64,000 nucleotides of DNA, from the IMG/VR virus record IMGVR_UViG_3300032675_000001, positions 296,684 through 360,683 of that record. One strand, written 5' to 3'. The position numbers were made by a program, and so were the translations under genes. The stretch's first letter is position 1. Each line of letters opens with the position of its first letter. Positions 17,494 through 27,835 of the stretch are shown piece by piece. The notes under the pieces were generated by a model. The model did no database searches and had not been told where the DNA came from. It worked only from the letters and a program-made list of their open reading frames with translations.

Positions 17494-18215
17494 CACTTCA
17501 CCGCTGGTAATAGATAACGCCACACTGAAAGACCACTGTCTACAGTGATTTCAATAACTCCCGCATCAGCAATGCGAACAACTTTGTCACCCGGCAAGTC
17601 CATGATTGCGAGGAAAACCTTCACTGGCCAGTTCCATGGCTTCGCAATCTTGCCGCTCACAGTTGATTGGAATACGAAGTTTCCGGAGTGTGTGGAAGGA
17701 TCACCAAAGTAAATCTTCAAGTCACCGTTTTCAGTCTTGGTCTTGAAATAAGCTTCTTCGCTGTTAGCCTGCGCCTGCTTTTTCAAACGCTGAATGTTGG
17801 CAACTAGCGGCTCAAACTCAACATCCCAAGAAGTTCCCTTAAAGGCTACATTCTTAACCTTTTCCTCAACAATCCCTTTTCCCATCAAACGATAATCGTT
17901 AACGAAGTCGCCAGTCTTGGTCTCAAAGTGAATAGCAGCAGGTGCAGTTGGATCAGATGAAGTCCCACGGGTGACATTGATGGTAGCATTATCATCATAG
18001 TCATCAAAGTTTACGATAGTCTTCAGCTTTGTCAAGTTTGGCATACCAAAAGTGCCAACAAAGTCTGCGAGAGGAGTCTTGAAGTTACCATAAACGATAA
18101 CGGTTCGGTCTTCCGAAGATGCAGTAATCTGAGTATCACTATCTGTTCCAGATACCTTCACAAGATCAACGAAACTGTGGGTATGCTGAATGATATCAAG
18201 CAAATAATCTTTCAT
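17493..18215 (-). CDS. DNA polymerase sliding clamp (gp45-like)
   Basis: 240 aa, two-domain beta-rich pattern ending Y.LPA, immediately downstream of DNA polymerase. Confidence 0.7.
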   Translation of the reverse strand: MKDYLLDIIQHTHSFVDLVKVSGTDSDTQITASSEDRTVIVYGNFKTPLADFVGTFGMPNLTKLKTIVNFDDYDDNATINVTRGTSSDPTAPAAIHFETKTGDFVNDYRLMGKGIVEEKVKNVAFKGTSWDVEFEPLVANIQRLKKQAQANSEEAYFKTKTENGDLKIYFGDPSTHSGNFVFQSTVSGKIAKPWNWPVKVFLAIMDLPGDKVVRIADAGVIEITVDSGLSVWRYLLPAVK

Positions 18216-18274
18216 TGTGTTTCCTTTTTATAGAATAATATTATACGAATGGAGGGTATAAGTCAATGTTTTTG

Positions 18275-21028
18275 TTAACCAAAACTGAAAAGATCATTGA
18301 ACGTGCTATTGGTGTCCGTATCTAAACGAAGGTCCCATTTTAAAACGCCAAGAAGGTTTTCAACCTTTTCGTCAACCAGCTTGCGTTCCATATCCTTATC
18401 ATCAAACGGAAGGTCAAGGAACCATTGTGGAAGCCTCAACTCATCAGTTGGATAAGCGATAGATGTAAAACCAAGAGGATTGGTCTTAAGAGAACACACT
18501 ACCACTTTCATACCATCAACGATCTTCTGGCTATAGTTGTCCCCATGCATCTTGCGTAAATAGTTGTAGTTTATGGCTGCTCTAGCGTGACCAACTCCAC
18601 ACTTGCCAGTTTTTTCAAACTCAATCGTATGATTGGTCAAGTTATTGACTGATTTTGGATTTCCTTTAGTCCAACTATCTTGTTCCGATAAGTGATTCTT
18701 GAAATCCTTGATTTTTTCAATAACTTCATCACGCTGCTTACCTTGCTGGATAACCATACAAAGGACATCCATCAGAAACTCTTGAATATACTTTGGTGTG
18801 TCAGAACGCTTCAATGCAACGCCCATGGCCTTTACCTTACCATATCCAATGTTTACGCCCTTCTTTTTGGCTTCTTCTGGATCAGTGATCAGATCATAGC
18901 GATCACCTTCCATGTCAAAGATATTGATGGCATAAATCTTCTTAGTGATGAAAATAGCACGATCACCGATCAACTCGCGACCAGCCTTAATGACTGAACC
19001 GTTCTTGCGTGGACAGTGAAATACGCGTTCCATGAATGCAGGGAAACTATCATTAGTCTGCTCTGCGATGTTGTCATAGAGTGCAACACAAGTATCCTTA
19101 TTCCATTCTACCTCACCCCTATCAATCTGATCCTTTAGCATAGGGTATGCAGTGAAGTAGCAAGAGTCAGTATCGCCATATACGATTGAACTACCTTCAT
19201 GGGTGTAGTTACCCTCAATGAGTTCATTGATCTTACTCATCATGTGGCGAGTAATCTGTCGACCAGATAAAGTAACTGACTGACCAATACGTTTATCGTA
19301 GAAACGGCAGTGTTCATTCAAAAGTGCGCCATATGCAGAGTTGAGTAGAATCTTACGAACAAGCTGTCGCTTATCATAATACTCAAATAACACCATATCA
19401 CCAGAAGATTTTGCTTCTTTGGCTTGCTTCTGAGTTGCCTTACGTTCTGAATACCAACGAGAAAGCAGACCCGGAATGACACCTTCTTTCTCATATGTAA
19501 AGATGGTGCCATTTGCTGAAAGAATGTAGGGGTTATTGCTATCAAAAACCATCTTCCAGATTTCGGCAGCAGACATTTCTACTGATCGTCCATCTTCATA
19601 ATCAACAATCAGCATGGTGCCACGCTCTTGATTCATAATAGCCGTATATTCAAGCGAGCCAAAGAGACCATCCCAAAGTAGTGCAGCAGTTATGCCCTTA
19701 TCTTCACCCTTTTTAGTCTTTTTCTTTTTCTTGGAAATGGCAATGCTCTTTTCCTTCATATAATGATCGGTAAGAGTTTGACGAACCTGAGCAACGATTG
19801 TCTCTGGAGACATGTTTAGTGCACGAATGTCTGATGGATACAGTGAGTTGATGTCAACTGCGCCAACATATTCATGCATACCTACCTGAGGATTGGCAAC
19901 GAATGCACCTGCAGCCTGCGTAGTGTCATTGGTTTCCTGTTCTCGTGTTTTATCAGGAATGATGAATCCACGCTCATGTGCTTCATTGACAACAGCCATC
20001 TCAATCATGGCCACAGAACCCATTGCAGTAGGTAGCAGCACGGTATTTTCGTGAGCCAGAGCGTTTGCAAGATCAAGAAACTTCGTCTTACGGTGAATCT
20101 TCACCATAAGCATAGTATCCTGTCGGTTATATTCAATGAACTTCTTAAAGTCTTGGTTATACAGTTGGTCTAATGAACCCTCATACTGAGTCTTGCGTTC
20201 ATTTACTTCCATTTCGCCAATAGAATCAAGTGAATAACTGTGGCGAGATTCATAGTTATACTTCTTGTATAACTGCAAATAGTCCATGTGAATACGACCA
20301 ACCAAGTCATAGGTGGACTCTTCCTTACCAAAGCGTTCATATGTTCTTACCTTAGGAAGTTGCCCAAGAAGACAGAACTTTCGTGTGTCATCCTTGGACA
20401 TAATACGAGTCACACGATTCACACAGTATGGAATATCGTATCCCTCTGAGTTCCATCCAGTGAGAACATCGGCATCTTCAATCAGTTCAAAGAATGTCTC
20501 AAACATTTCAATCTCAGAACGAAAAAGAAACGTATTGGGAAAATCATTGACCAACTCTTGCGCCGTCTCATCGGACATATGCTTCGGTGGGATGGCAAGT
20601 GTAATCAGTTGATCCAACCAATCCAAATACAACGAAATAGCTGTAACTGGATTGAATGGATCATCCGTTGGACTAAAACCTCTTTCGGGGTCAAAGTCCA
20701 CTTCAATATCGAAGAAGCATGTATGGAGTTTTGGAGGCTCTACGTTAAGGTAGTTGTCCGCCAAGCAGCGGAACACAACGTTGACATCGCTTTCAAACAA
20801 CTTCTTATTGCTGTGAATGCGTTTTTCTTTCTGAAACTCAGTACGTTTACGTGTTGAGAATCTGGAAAGAGAATCACCGAAGATAGAACGATACTTGCCC
20901 TTGTGGTCAGGATAATAGAGAACATAGTTTGTTGGATATTCTCTATATACCCGATTGCCCTCAGGAGTTCTTTCTACAACGTGAATGCGATCATCTTTTA
21001 TTGACAATACGGCATCAACGTAGCTCAT
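18275..21028 (-). CDS. family B DNA polymerase (gp43-like)
   Basis: Exo I FFDIE, Exo II GWNS.GYDIP, Exo III YN.QD; DINSLYPS, K..LNSAYG, YGDTDS. Confidence 0.97.
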   Translation of the reverse strand: MSYVDAVLSIKDDRIHVVERTPEGNRVYREYPTNYVLYYPDHKGKYRSIFGDSLSRFSTRKRTEFQKEKRIHSNKKLFESDVNVVFRCLADNYLNVEPPKLHTCFFDIEVDFDPERGFSPTDDPFNPVTAISLYLDWLDQLITLAIPPKHMSDETAQELVNDFPNTFLFRSEIEMFETFFELIEDADVLTGWNSEGYDIPYCVNRVTRIMSKDDTRKFCLLGQLPKVRTYERFGKEESTYDLVGRIHMDYLQLYKKYNYESRHSYSLDSIGEMEVNERKTQYEGSLDQLYNQDFKKFIEYNRQDTMLMVKIHRKTKFLDLANALAHENTVLLPTAMGSVAMIEMAVVNEAHERGFIIPDKTREQETNDTTQAAGAFVANPQVGMHEYVGAVDINSLYPSDIRALNMSPETIVAQVRQTLTDHYMKEKSIAISKKKKKTKKGEDKGITAALLWDGLFGSLEYTAIMNQERGTMLIVDYEDGRSVEMSAAEIWKMVFDSNNPYILSANGTIFTYEKEGVIPGLLSRWYSERKATQKQAKEAKSSGDMVLFEYYDKRQLVRKILLNSAYGALLNEHCRFYDKRIGQSVTLSGRQITRHMMSKINELIEGNYTHEGSSIVYGDTDSCYFTAYPMLKDQIDRGEVEWNKDTCVALYDNIAEQTNDSFPAFMERVFHCPRKNGSVIKAGRELIGDRAIFITKKIYAINIFDMEGDRYDLITDPEEAKKKGVNIGYGKVKAMGVALKRSDTPKYIQEFLMDVLCMVIQQGKQRDEVIEKIKDFKNHLSEQDSWTKGNPKSVNNLTNHTIEFEKTGKCGVGHARAAINYNYLRKMHGDNYSQKIVDGMKVVVCSLKTNPLGFTSIAYPTDELRLPQWFLDLPFDDKDMERKLVDEKVENLLGVLKWDLRLDTDTNSTFNDLFSFG

Positions 21029-21654
21029 TTTTTACTCTTACAATTATGGCCATGCCAGCGAATATAGTTACTATTTCCTTTTCCGATTTTACCACAGTAC
21101 TCACATTCCCATTCCTGATTTTTATATTGTTTAGGTTGTTTACTTGCGGTGCAGTTCTGACCGTGCCAGCGTTTTAGATTAGCAATATCAGATTCTATAC
21201 CACAGTTAAAGCAAGTTGCTCTTTTTCGGTTAAGAGCAGCTTTTCTGTTTTTAGCTCTGGTCTCCAGTGATCTTTTCTTTCCCGTTTGTATTTCAGACAT
21301 TTTTTTGGCAATACGTGGGTTTCGCATTGGGTTTTTGTCTCCGAGAAGATCAGGGCGTGGCCCTCCCTTCAGAAAATGGTGACTCCCATCAGCTATACGC
21401 CGTAAAGCATGATTTTTACTCAGCAGAGATATCTCTCCCGGTGTTTTTCCCATTCTTAGTGCTAAAAGAATACATGCGGCCCAATCACCTTGGCGATGAT
21501 GTATGTCATAATGTTCCTGTATCGAAATACACATGAGATTGCTAATTTTGTTGTTTAATTTGTTTCCATCTATATGATGAATATCATATGATCTACCATC
21601 TTTATCTTTTGGTATTGGACCATAATAAGATTCCCATAACTTTCTGTAGTTCAT
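21025..21654 (-). CDS. HNH homing endonuclease
   Basis: DIHHIDGN..NN...NL......H...H; C-terminal C..CG...RWH..NC zinc repeats; ATGA-coupled to polymerase. Confidence 0.9.
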   Translation of the reverse strand: MNYRKLWESYYGPIPKDKDGRSYDIHHIDGNKLNNKISNLMCISIQEHYDIHHRQGDWAACILLALRMGKTPGEISLLSKNHALRRIADGSHHFLKGGPRPDLLGDKNPMRNPRIAKKMSEIQTGKKRSLETRAKNRKAALNRKRATCFNCGIESDIANLKRWHGQNCTASKQPKQYKNQEWECEYCGKIGKGNSNYIRWHGHNCKSKK

Positions 21655-21759
21655 GAGAATACTCCGATTAGTAAGTGTAGTGTTGGGCTATCTGTGAATC
21701 GGCACAGAAAGGTAGCTACTGCTGTTCGCACAAAGATATTTATCAGAGTATTCACCGTA

Positions 21760-22014
21760 TCAGGTTTTACCCACCGTGGCTAGTATTGTATTTAGTTCCT
21801 CATTTTCCTCGTTCGTTTCATTCAAACGAGACTTATAAGCAATCTTGATAGCCTTCTTGAGGATGGATGGCTTGATTTCAAGTTCTTCTGCAATCGCCTT
21901 AACAGTGTCGTTAAGACCTTCATTGAGAGTTTCAACTTCCTGTAAAACGTTGATTCCCTCGTTGACGAGTTGAGTCAGTTTGAGCTTTGCTTCTGCATTA
22001 AAGTTACGTGACAT
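21760..22014 (-). CDS. dsDNA-binding protein (T4 DsbA-like)
   Basis: helical ~84 aa, L.D.VK.IAEEL.IKP..L.KAI.IAYK. Confidence 0.65.
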   Translation of the reverse strand: MSRNFNAEAKLKLTQLVNEGINVLQEVETLNEGLNDTVKAIAEELEIKPSILKKAIKIAYKSRLNETNEENEELNTILATVGKT

Positions 22015-22074
22015 ATTATCTCCTTGTTAGTCTAGTTATTATAGCAGACTGCGTAGAAAAGTAAAGGTTTTTGG

Positions 22075-22761
22075 TCAATCCATTTGATTAATTAGATTTT
22101 CAAGATCATTTAAAAGATTAATAGGTAAGGTTTCGGTGTATCCATCTGAACACTCATTCTTGGTAACTGCGCCATTGACATATCCAAAATGAGATTTGAT
22201 CTTAGATTCCCACTCAAGTCCCTTTTCTCCAGTATCAAAATCTTTTATATAATGTACAGTATATGCCCCATTCTTGGTCCGGTGACTGGCTAGTCTCCTT
22301 TTTAGATTAGTTGTCACCCCAAATTTAATAAAAGTATCAAATAGCAATACATAACCAGTTGATGGTTTAGTTGGATTAAATCCCTGTCCATTGCAGTTTG
22401 GGCATGGTGATTTTCTTTTTATACGATTTGGAACCACTGACCATGTATATCCACATGTAAGGTGGGTATGTGATATTTTTGAGTGTGTGCCATTATATTC
22501 TTCATTGACGATAAAATCTGGATTATTTAAACTCAACTGTTCTACATATTCATCATGTGTTAATTTTTGATTTCTAGCACACTTTGGACAGCCTCTTCCT
22601 ATTTTAATTTTTTCTGGTTTGGCCATCCACGTATGTCCACATCTGAGACTGGTGTATGATATTTTTGTAGTATTATTGATGTAGTTTTCGTTAACTATCA
22701 ATTCAGGTCTGTGTATACGTAAAAATTCTACGTATTCTTCATGTGTCATTTTTTTTCTCAT
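22075..22761 (-). CDS. putative homing endonuclease: 2 zinc-ribbon repeats + GIY-YIG-like domain
   Basis: CG.TW...C..C repeats; GY.L..IKFGVT....R...H...E; GYTET. Confidence 0.7.
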   Translation of the reverse strand: MRKKMTHEEYVEFLRIHRPELIVNENYINNTTKISYTSLRCGHTWMAKPEKIKIGRGCPKCARNQKLTHDEYVEQLSLNNPDFIVNEEYNGTHSKISHTHLTCGYTWSVVPNRIKRKSPCPNCNGQGFNPTKPSTGYVLLFDTFIKFGVTTNLKRRLASHRTKNGAYTVHYIKDFDTGEKGLEWESKIKSHFGYVNGAVTKNECSDGYTETLPINLLNDLENLINQMD

Positions 22762-22804
22762 ACCAATATGATATCAGATATCACGAAAAAGTAAACAGTT
22801 TTGG

Positions 22805-23293
22805 TCAACATAGTTGTTCAAGTTCTTCAAGTAGGAAAAGGGGTAGTGTCTCGGTATATCCACAGGGGCACATCTCTTTGGAAACTGCACCTTGGGGATA
22901 TCCAAAATGATTTTTTATTCGTTTTTCCCACTCAATAGCATCTTTTCCGTTAGTGAATGTTTTTGTATAATGCACCGTGTGTTTTCCGTTCTTTGCTCGG
23001 TGATCTTTTAGTCTGTTCTTTAATATGTTAGTAATACCATATTTTAAGAATCCATCAAAAATCAGAATATAAACGGTTACTGGCTTAGTGGGATCAAACT
23101 TGCATATACGACACATGGGACAGCCTCTCCCAGATTTAATATTGGTTGGTCGCGCCAGCCATTCATGTCCACAAGTAAGGTGGGTGTGTGATATTTTTGT
23201 TGCGGCATTGATATATCTACCGTTAACTACAAACTCTGGTCTATGTGTGCGGAGATATGCTTCGTATTCTTCCTGAGTTACCGTTTTTGTCAT
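22805..23293 (-). CDS. putative homing endonuclease, paralogue of 22075-22761
   Basis: one H..C..C..C ribbon + KYGIT..R..H..E..GYTET; similar promoter. Confidence 0.7.
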   Translation of the reverse strand: MTKTVTQEEYEAYLRTHRPEFVVNGRYINAATKISHTHLTCGHEWLARPTNIKSGRGCPMCRICKFDPTKPVTVYILIFDGFLKYGITNILKNRLKDHRAKNGKHTVHYTKTFTNGKDAIEWEKRIKNHFGYPQGAVSKEMCPCGYTETLPLFLLEELEQLC

Positions 23294-23340
23294 ACCATAA
23301 TGGTATCACATATCACAAAAAAGTAAACACTTTCGGGCAA

Positions 23341-23928
23341 TCACTGGAAAATGTGATGATTCTTTTCGCCGTAAATCTTGATGTATTTACCAGCTAACAT
23401 ATCAGCCATAGCCTCAATAGGACTACCGGGATAGCTGGCACCGGGCTTGATCATACCGATTTCATCTTGACGAACATGGACCAGTTCATGAAAAACTGTG
23501 CGTAGTATGTCAACAAGATTTCTGTCCTTGGCATAAACCCATACTGAACCTTGTCCCTGAACATGCCCACCAGTGTGATGATTGTCTTGGGCATCTTGTG
23601 TATCATAGCTAAGTTGAATTTTTGGTAGATGTTGAATGTGAAGTCTTCTGCCAGCCCATTCAGCAAACTTTCTGACTTCTTCTCCAAGATCATCAGTTGG
23701 GTTTCCGCTAGTTTCGTCTAAATCTCTAACGTCTTCAATCCAATCGGCGGGAACTTTATGGTAAGTTCTTTTAAAAATATCATGAAGTGCTTCATCGGTA
23801 AGTCTATGCTTTTTTGCAATGCTGCGAATCAATCTATCAATGGTATCATAATCATGCTTCTCCAAAGAAGGTAGTTTCTTGGCTAGTTCATGTGCAGCCG
23901 CTGCATGGATGATGTCTTCTGTTAACAT
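23341..23928 (-). CDS. HExxH zinc-metallopeptidase-like late protein
   Basis: RTVFHELVH.RQ...SPIE..A; TAAATA-N5-ATG. Confidence 0.65.
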   Translation of the reverse strand: MLTEDIIHAAAAHELAKKLPSLEKHDYDTIDRLIRSIAKKHRLTDEALHDIFKRTYHKVPADWIEDVRDLDETSGNPTDDLGEEVRKFAEWAGRRLHIQHLPKIQLSYDTQDAQDNHHTGGHVQGQGSVWVYAKDRNLVDILRTVFHELVHVRQDEIGMIKPGASYPGSPIEAMADMLAGKYIKIYGEKNHHIFQ

Positions 23929-23946
23929 GAATGTATTTATCCTACT

Positions 23947-23981
23947 AAAAACAATAACGGCGGAGAAATTAATCCCCGCCG
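23947..23981 (-). terminator. intrinsic terminator after OMP gene
   Basis: CGGCGGGGA/TCTCCGCCG stem followed by TTATTGTTTTT. Confidence 0.75.
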
Positions 23982-24004
23982 CCATCATTTGACTGTGAAC
24001 GCTA

Positions 24005-24481
24005 TTAGAAGCGAACAGAAGTCGTAGCAACTACGCCGTTGTTCTTGACACCGCCAAGATCAGTATGAGCATACTGAACACCAACTGAGAATGGTCCTAC
24101 AACATTCAAATCAACGCCCCCAGTTGCACGAAGCCCCTGAAGATTGTGTGCATGAAGATCGCGTAGGTTATCATAACCAAGACCAGCATATACAAGAGTA
24201 TAACCAGTCACTTCATAACCAAGACGAGCGCCAACATTGACATCGCGACGATCAAACACGTTGTCAAGGCCAGTTTCCAAACCAGCAGTGATCGGACCAA
24301 CAACCTTGGTGTCGTAACCGAGTTCAACACCATAAGTGAAGTCACGATTTGACGGAATGTTTGAGATGTCCTGATAACCAACTTCACCAGTTACGCGAGG
24401 ACCAACAAAGCTATCTGCCATTGCTGGAGCGGCAGTTGCGGCGGATACAGCCAATAGTGCTGCTGTGATTAACTTCTTCAT
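24005..24481 (-). CDS. 8-stranded outer-membrane beta-barrel protein
   Basis: signal peptide A-x-A, alternating beta strands, C-terminal VRF (BAM signal). Confidence 0.85.
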   Translation of the reverse strand: MKKLITAALLAVSAATAAPAMADSFVGPRVTGEVGYQDISNIPSNRDFTYGVELGYDTKVVGPITAGLETGLDNVFDRRDVNVGARLGYEVTGYTLVYAGLGYDNLRDLHAHNLQGLRATGGVDLNVVGPFSVGVQYAHTDLGGVKNNGVVATTSVRF

Positions 24482-24573
24482 ATTTTTCCTTTTTCTGTTT
24501 GAGGATTATTTCTCTAATCCAGTATCCTATATAGCATCAGATACATGAAATATCAAGCATTTTGGTCCACAAG

Positions 24574-26631
24574 TTATTTTGATGTTGCCCTGTACACCCC
24601 ATCCCAATCTCTAGGTTTTGGTGGATTCTGTTGTATCTCTTTGATCCTATCTTGCATCATTAAGTAATAAGATTTCAGTACGCCGTTCCAGTTATTTTCC
24701 ATAGCCTGTGCAAAACCCAATGCTCTGTTCCAAGCACCCATTCTATATGCATCCATGAATCGTTGATGTGCTAGTTGCGCTTTTGCGTCCTTGTGCTCCA
24801 ACACCGTATAGATTCTGGAAGGTTCTGTTTTGCCCTTGACTGCGATAAGATCAAGTTCAACGACCTGATACTTGTCTTTCACGTATTCTGCGGTTTTGGG
24901 ACCAATAATGATTTTAACCCCGTAAGGCTTGCTTTGACCTTCCAGCCTACTTGCGAGATTAACGCCATCACCCAGACAAGTATAATCAAACCGCTGGTCG
25001 CTGCCCATATTGCCGACAACAACAGTATCAGTATTAATACCGAGACCCATTCCAAAAGCTGGTACGCCTTCTTTTTTGACTTCATTGTTAAATTCCTCCA
25101 ATGCTTTCAACATCTGAAACGCTGTTTTTACTGCATCCAATGCGTGTTTCTCATTGTTTACAGGTGCGTTCCAGAATGCCATTTGAGCATCACCTATATA
25201 CTTATCAAGCGTACCTTTGTTCTCAAGAATTGCTTTGGTCATCGCTGTCATGTAGCGATTCATAATCTTGGTCAATCCTTGAACGTCCTTGCCATAATGT
25301 TCTGAGATTGTAGTGAAACCACGAACATCCGTGAACATGATGGACAGTTCTTGCTCAGTGCCTCCTAGCTGTAATAGTTCTGGTTGACGCTGTAGTTGTG
25401 CAACAAGATCAGGACTCAAATAAGTTCCAAACTGCTTCTTGATCTGCTGCTTTTGTAGAAACTCATTGATGAATTTTACACTGTAAACATGCAAATAAAT
25501 AATGAGAGCAGACAAGAAGTTGAATGAAATATCAAACAATATCTTATTATGACTATATAGATATACAGGAGTATAAGCATATCCGATCAGTAATATTCCA
25601 ATCCAAACAATGGAATATCTTAGATTAGACAAGCCTATAACTGCTAGTGAAAGAAGCACAAATGCCAGAAGATCAACCAGCCCAACCCAATTCGGAATTG
25701 ACACAGAATCCTGATTTATCAGAGTCTGAAGAATGCTGGCCTGAACCTGATGGGGCATTTTGGCACCAGCCGGAGTCGCTACTGGGTTTGCGATCCCGCT
25801 CGCAGTCACACCGAGTAGAACGATCTTTCCATCGAGACGAGGAATATTCTCGCCTACTTCAAACGATGAGAATTCGGAATTCGGATTAATAAACACACGA
25901 CCATATTCATCTGTAGGAATTTTACCAAACTGTGGAACACGAACAGCCTCAACACCAGTCTCATTTATTTTCGCTTGATAGCTTGGATCACCAGCAGCGA
26001 CACGCAACAGTTCTAAGGCGAACGAAGGGTAGTATTCGCCATTTGAAGTCCCTAATAAAGGCATTCGGCGCACAACCCCATCCGTCTCGGGAAGAGTTGT
26101 TGTTATGCCGACACCTACAGCGGATTGTTGAAGAACTGGAATGTTATCAAGAACACAAGGATAGTTCGGAAGAAACTGAGTTGGTTTCCCGTCACCGATT
26201 ACAGCAACACCTGTGCGGCGAGTCTGACGATTATCCCTAGTGCAATCGGTTGAAAGTGTTTGGCTAAGCACTACAGGGTGATTTGCTAACGCATTTGCAA
26301 AGGCATCATCACCATTGAATCTATCTTTTTCCGGATAGAGAATGGTGCTTCCAACAAGACCAGCATGACCATTATCGTAAATGTCATTGATAATCTTGGC
26401 ATAAGTGTCTCTAGGGAATGGATATTGTCCGTATTTTTCTATTGCTTTCTCGCCAATATTTGCAATGACGATTTGATCAGAATGTACAGGCTTGCCTAGC
26501 ATAAGATAATCATAAAACTTAAGCTTCATCGCATCAACTAGATACGGATTGGAAAGCTTGACGATAAGAAGTAATGTTAAAGTGAAAAGAGCCATCCAAG
26601 GACTCAATAGGATTTTTCGTAGTTTTTTCAT
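24574..26631 (-). CDS. CHASE2-domain class III adenylate cyclase
   Basis: N-term TM; CHASE2 (G.YPFPR, DGVVRR.P); 3 TM; MFTDVRGFT, DKYIGDA, GDGVNLASRLE; Lys/Thr-type ATP specificity. Confidence 0.93.
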   Translation of the reverse strand: MKKLRKILLSPWMALFTLTLLLIVKLSNPYLVDAMKLKFYDYLMLGKPVHSDQIVIANIGEKAIEKYGQYPFPRDTYAKIINDIYDNGHAGLVGSTILYPEKDRFNGDDAFANALANHPVVLSQTLSTDCTRDNRQTRRTGVAVIGDGKPTQFLPNYPCVLDNIPVLQQSAVGVGITTTLPETDGVVRRMPLLGTSNGEYYPSFALELLRVAAGDPSYQAKINETGVEAVRVPQFGKIPTDEYGRVFINPNSEFSSFEVGENIPRLDGKIVLLGVTASGIANPVATPAGAKMPHQVQASILQTLINQDSVSIPNWVGLVDLLAFVLLSLAVIGLSNLRYSIVWIGILLIGYAYTPVYLYSHNKILFDISFNFLSALIIYLHVYSVKFINEFLQKQQIKKQFGTYLSPDLVAQLQRQPELLQLGGTEQELSIMFTDVRGFTTISEHYGKDVQGLTKIMNRYMTAMTKAILENKGTLDKYIGDAQMAFWNAPVNNEKHALDAVKTAFQMLKALEEFNNEVKKEGVPAFGMGLGINTDTVVVGNMGSDQRFDYTCLGDGVNLASRLEGQSKPYGVKIIIGPKTAEYVKDKYQVVELDLIAVKGKTEPSRIYTVLEHKDAKAQLAHQRFMDAYRMGAWNRALGFAQAMENNWNGVLKSYYLMMQDRIKEIQQNPPKPRDWDGVYRATSK

Positions 26632-26641
26632 GGCTCTATCC

Positions 26642-27835
26642 TTAATGTTTTACATATGAATATCCAGTGCAGGTTCCAGTAGTACAAGTAATGCTCATTG
26701 ATGCGCTATCAGTAGTAGTAGGATTATCCTGAACGACAGTTACTCCGATATTTGAACTATTTAGCGTAAGAGAAAACATTTTCTGTGCAGTGCCAGCTTG
26801 TGTGGCACTTACCGTATTTCCACTAGTTGGTATATTAAGTTCTAAGAAGTGATTGCCCGTTCCAGTCTGTGATGTGGTGATGTTATTACCTGTTCCTGTA
26901 ACGTTCTGAAATAGATTTTGTCCACCTGATTGAGTGTTGTTCAATATGTTTGAGTTGCCGTTAATGATAGCCTGCTCATAGTTGGAGTTTCCTGCCTGAT
27001 TTACTGTCATATTATTTCCAGTTCCAACAATATTAGCTTCAACTAGGTTATGATATCCATTCAATGTTTGACCACCTTGTGTCACGTTCAAGCTATTTGA
27101 TGCACCGTTAATAACCAATGCTGTGCCATTAGGACCTCTTACAGCATTGTAATCACCTGTTTGAGTAACAGTTACACTAGTGTTATCTCCACCGTATTGA
27201 TTGATGTAGACAGTGTTATAACCTATAGTTGAGGTTTGGTTTATATAGTTCTGCTCTATTGAACTGATAACAGCAGGAGGATAAGTGGGTGCAGGAGGTG
27301 CCGCAGATTGTCCTGCTGCTAATGGAGTAGTTGAGCCACTGCCTGCAAAAGTATTTGTTTGCGCAACAGTTGGGTTTAGAGTACCAGTAAAGCTGAATCC
27401 ATTTGAGTTAGGGAATCCATAGTCAGTGCTGAAGACTGTGCCATTTAGATTGGCATTGGTGAAGAAAAAGAAATGATGTCCTAGACTGTCTGTTCCCTCA
27501 ACATCCAGTTTACCCGGACCAAGATCAGCCGCAACGGAACCATTGCTATTATACACAATCATTTCCCAGGGATAGCTAGGATTGCCACTAGCGATAAATC
27601 CGATATATTGCGTTGACGATAAGTGATAAGGTGATCCTGTGTTCCAAGAAGTGCCTATGCCACTTAGGCTATAGATTTGACAAGTTGTGGTATACAAGCA
27701 AGCACTGACATTCCATTGCGTGTCACTGAACTGTGCAGCACCGAACTCCAGATTGGAAAAAGAGGTTGCCATAGCAGGAACAGTGAATAACCTTAAACAT
27801 AGAATGAAAAGTAGAATCTTATTAAAGGTTTTCAT
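26642..27835 (-). CDS. secreted protein with N-terminal globular domain and C-terminal curlin-like repeats
   Basis: signal peptide; Pro linker APPAPTYPP; repeated Q-x-G-x-x-N. Confidence 0.7.
   Translation of the reverse strand: MKTFNKILLFILCLRLFTVPAMATSFSNLEFGAAQFSDTQWNVSACLYTTTCQIYSLSGIGTSWNTGSPYHLSSTQYIGFIASGNPSYPWEMIVYNSNGSVAADLGPGKLDVEGTDSLGHHFFFFTNANLNGTVFSTDYGFPNSNGFSFTGTLNPTVAQTNTFAGSGSTTPLAAGQSAAPPAPTYPPAVISSIEQNYINQTSTIGYNTVYINQYGGDNTSVTVTQTGDYNAVRGPNGTALVINGASNSLNVTQGGQTLNGYHNLVEANIVGTGNNMTVNQAGNSNYEQAIINGNSNILNNTQSGGQNLFQNVTGTGNNITTSQTGTGNHFLELNIPTSGNTVSATQAGTAQKMFSLTLNSSNIGVTVVQDNPTTTDSASMSITCTTGTCTGYSYVKH

Noticed and set aside
19480-19800. Insertion in PolB after motif A (poly-Lys stretch) as an intein or intron
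   Set aside because: No Cys/Ser start, His-Asn end or LAGLIDADG motifs; the frame is continuous, so it is an ordinary insertion.
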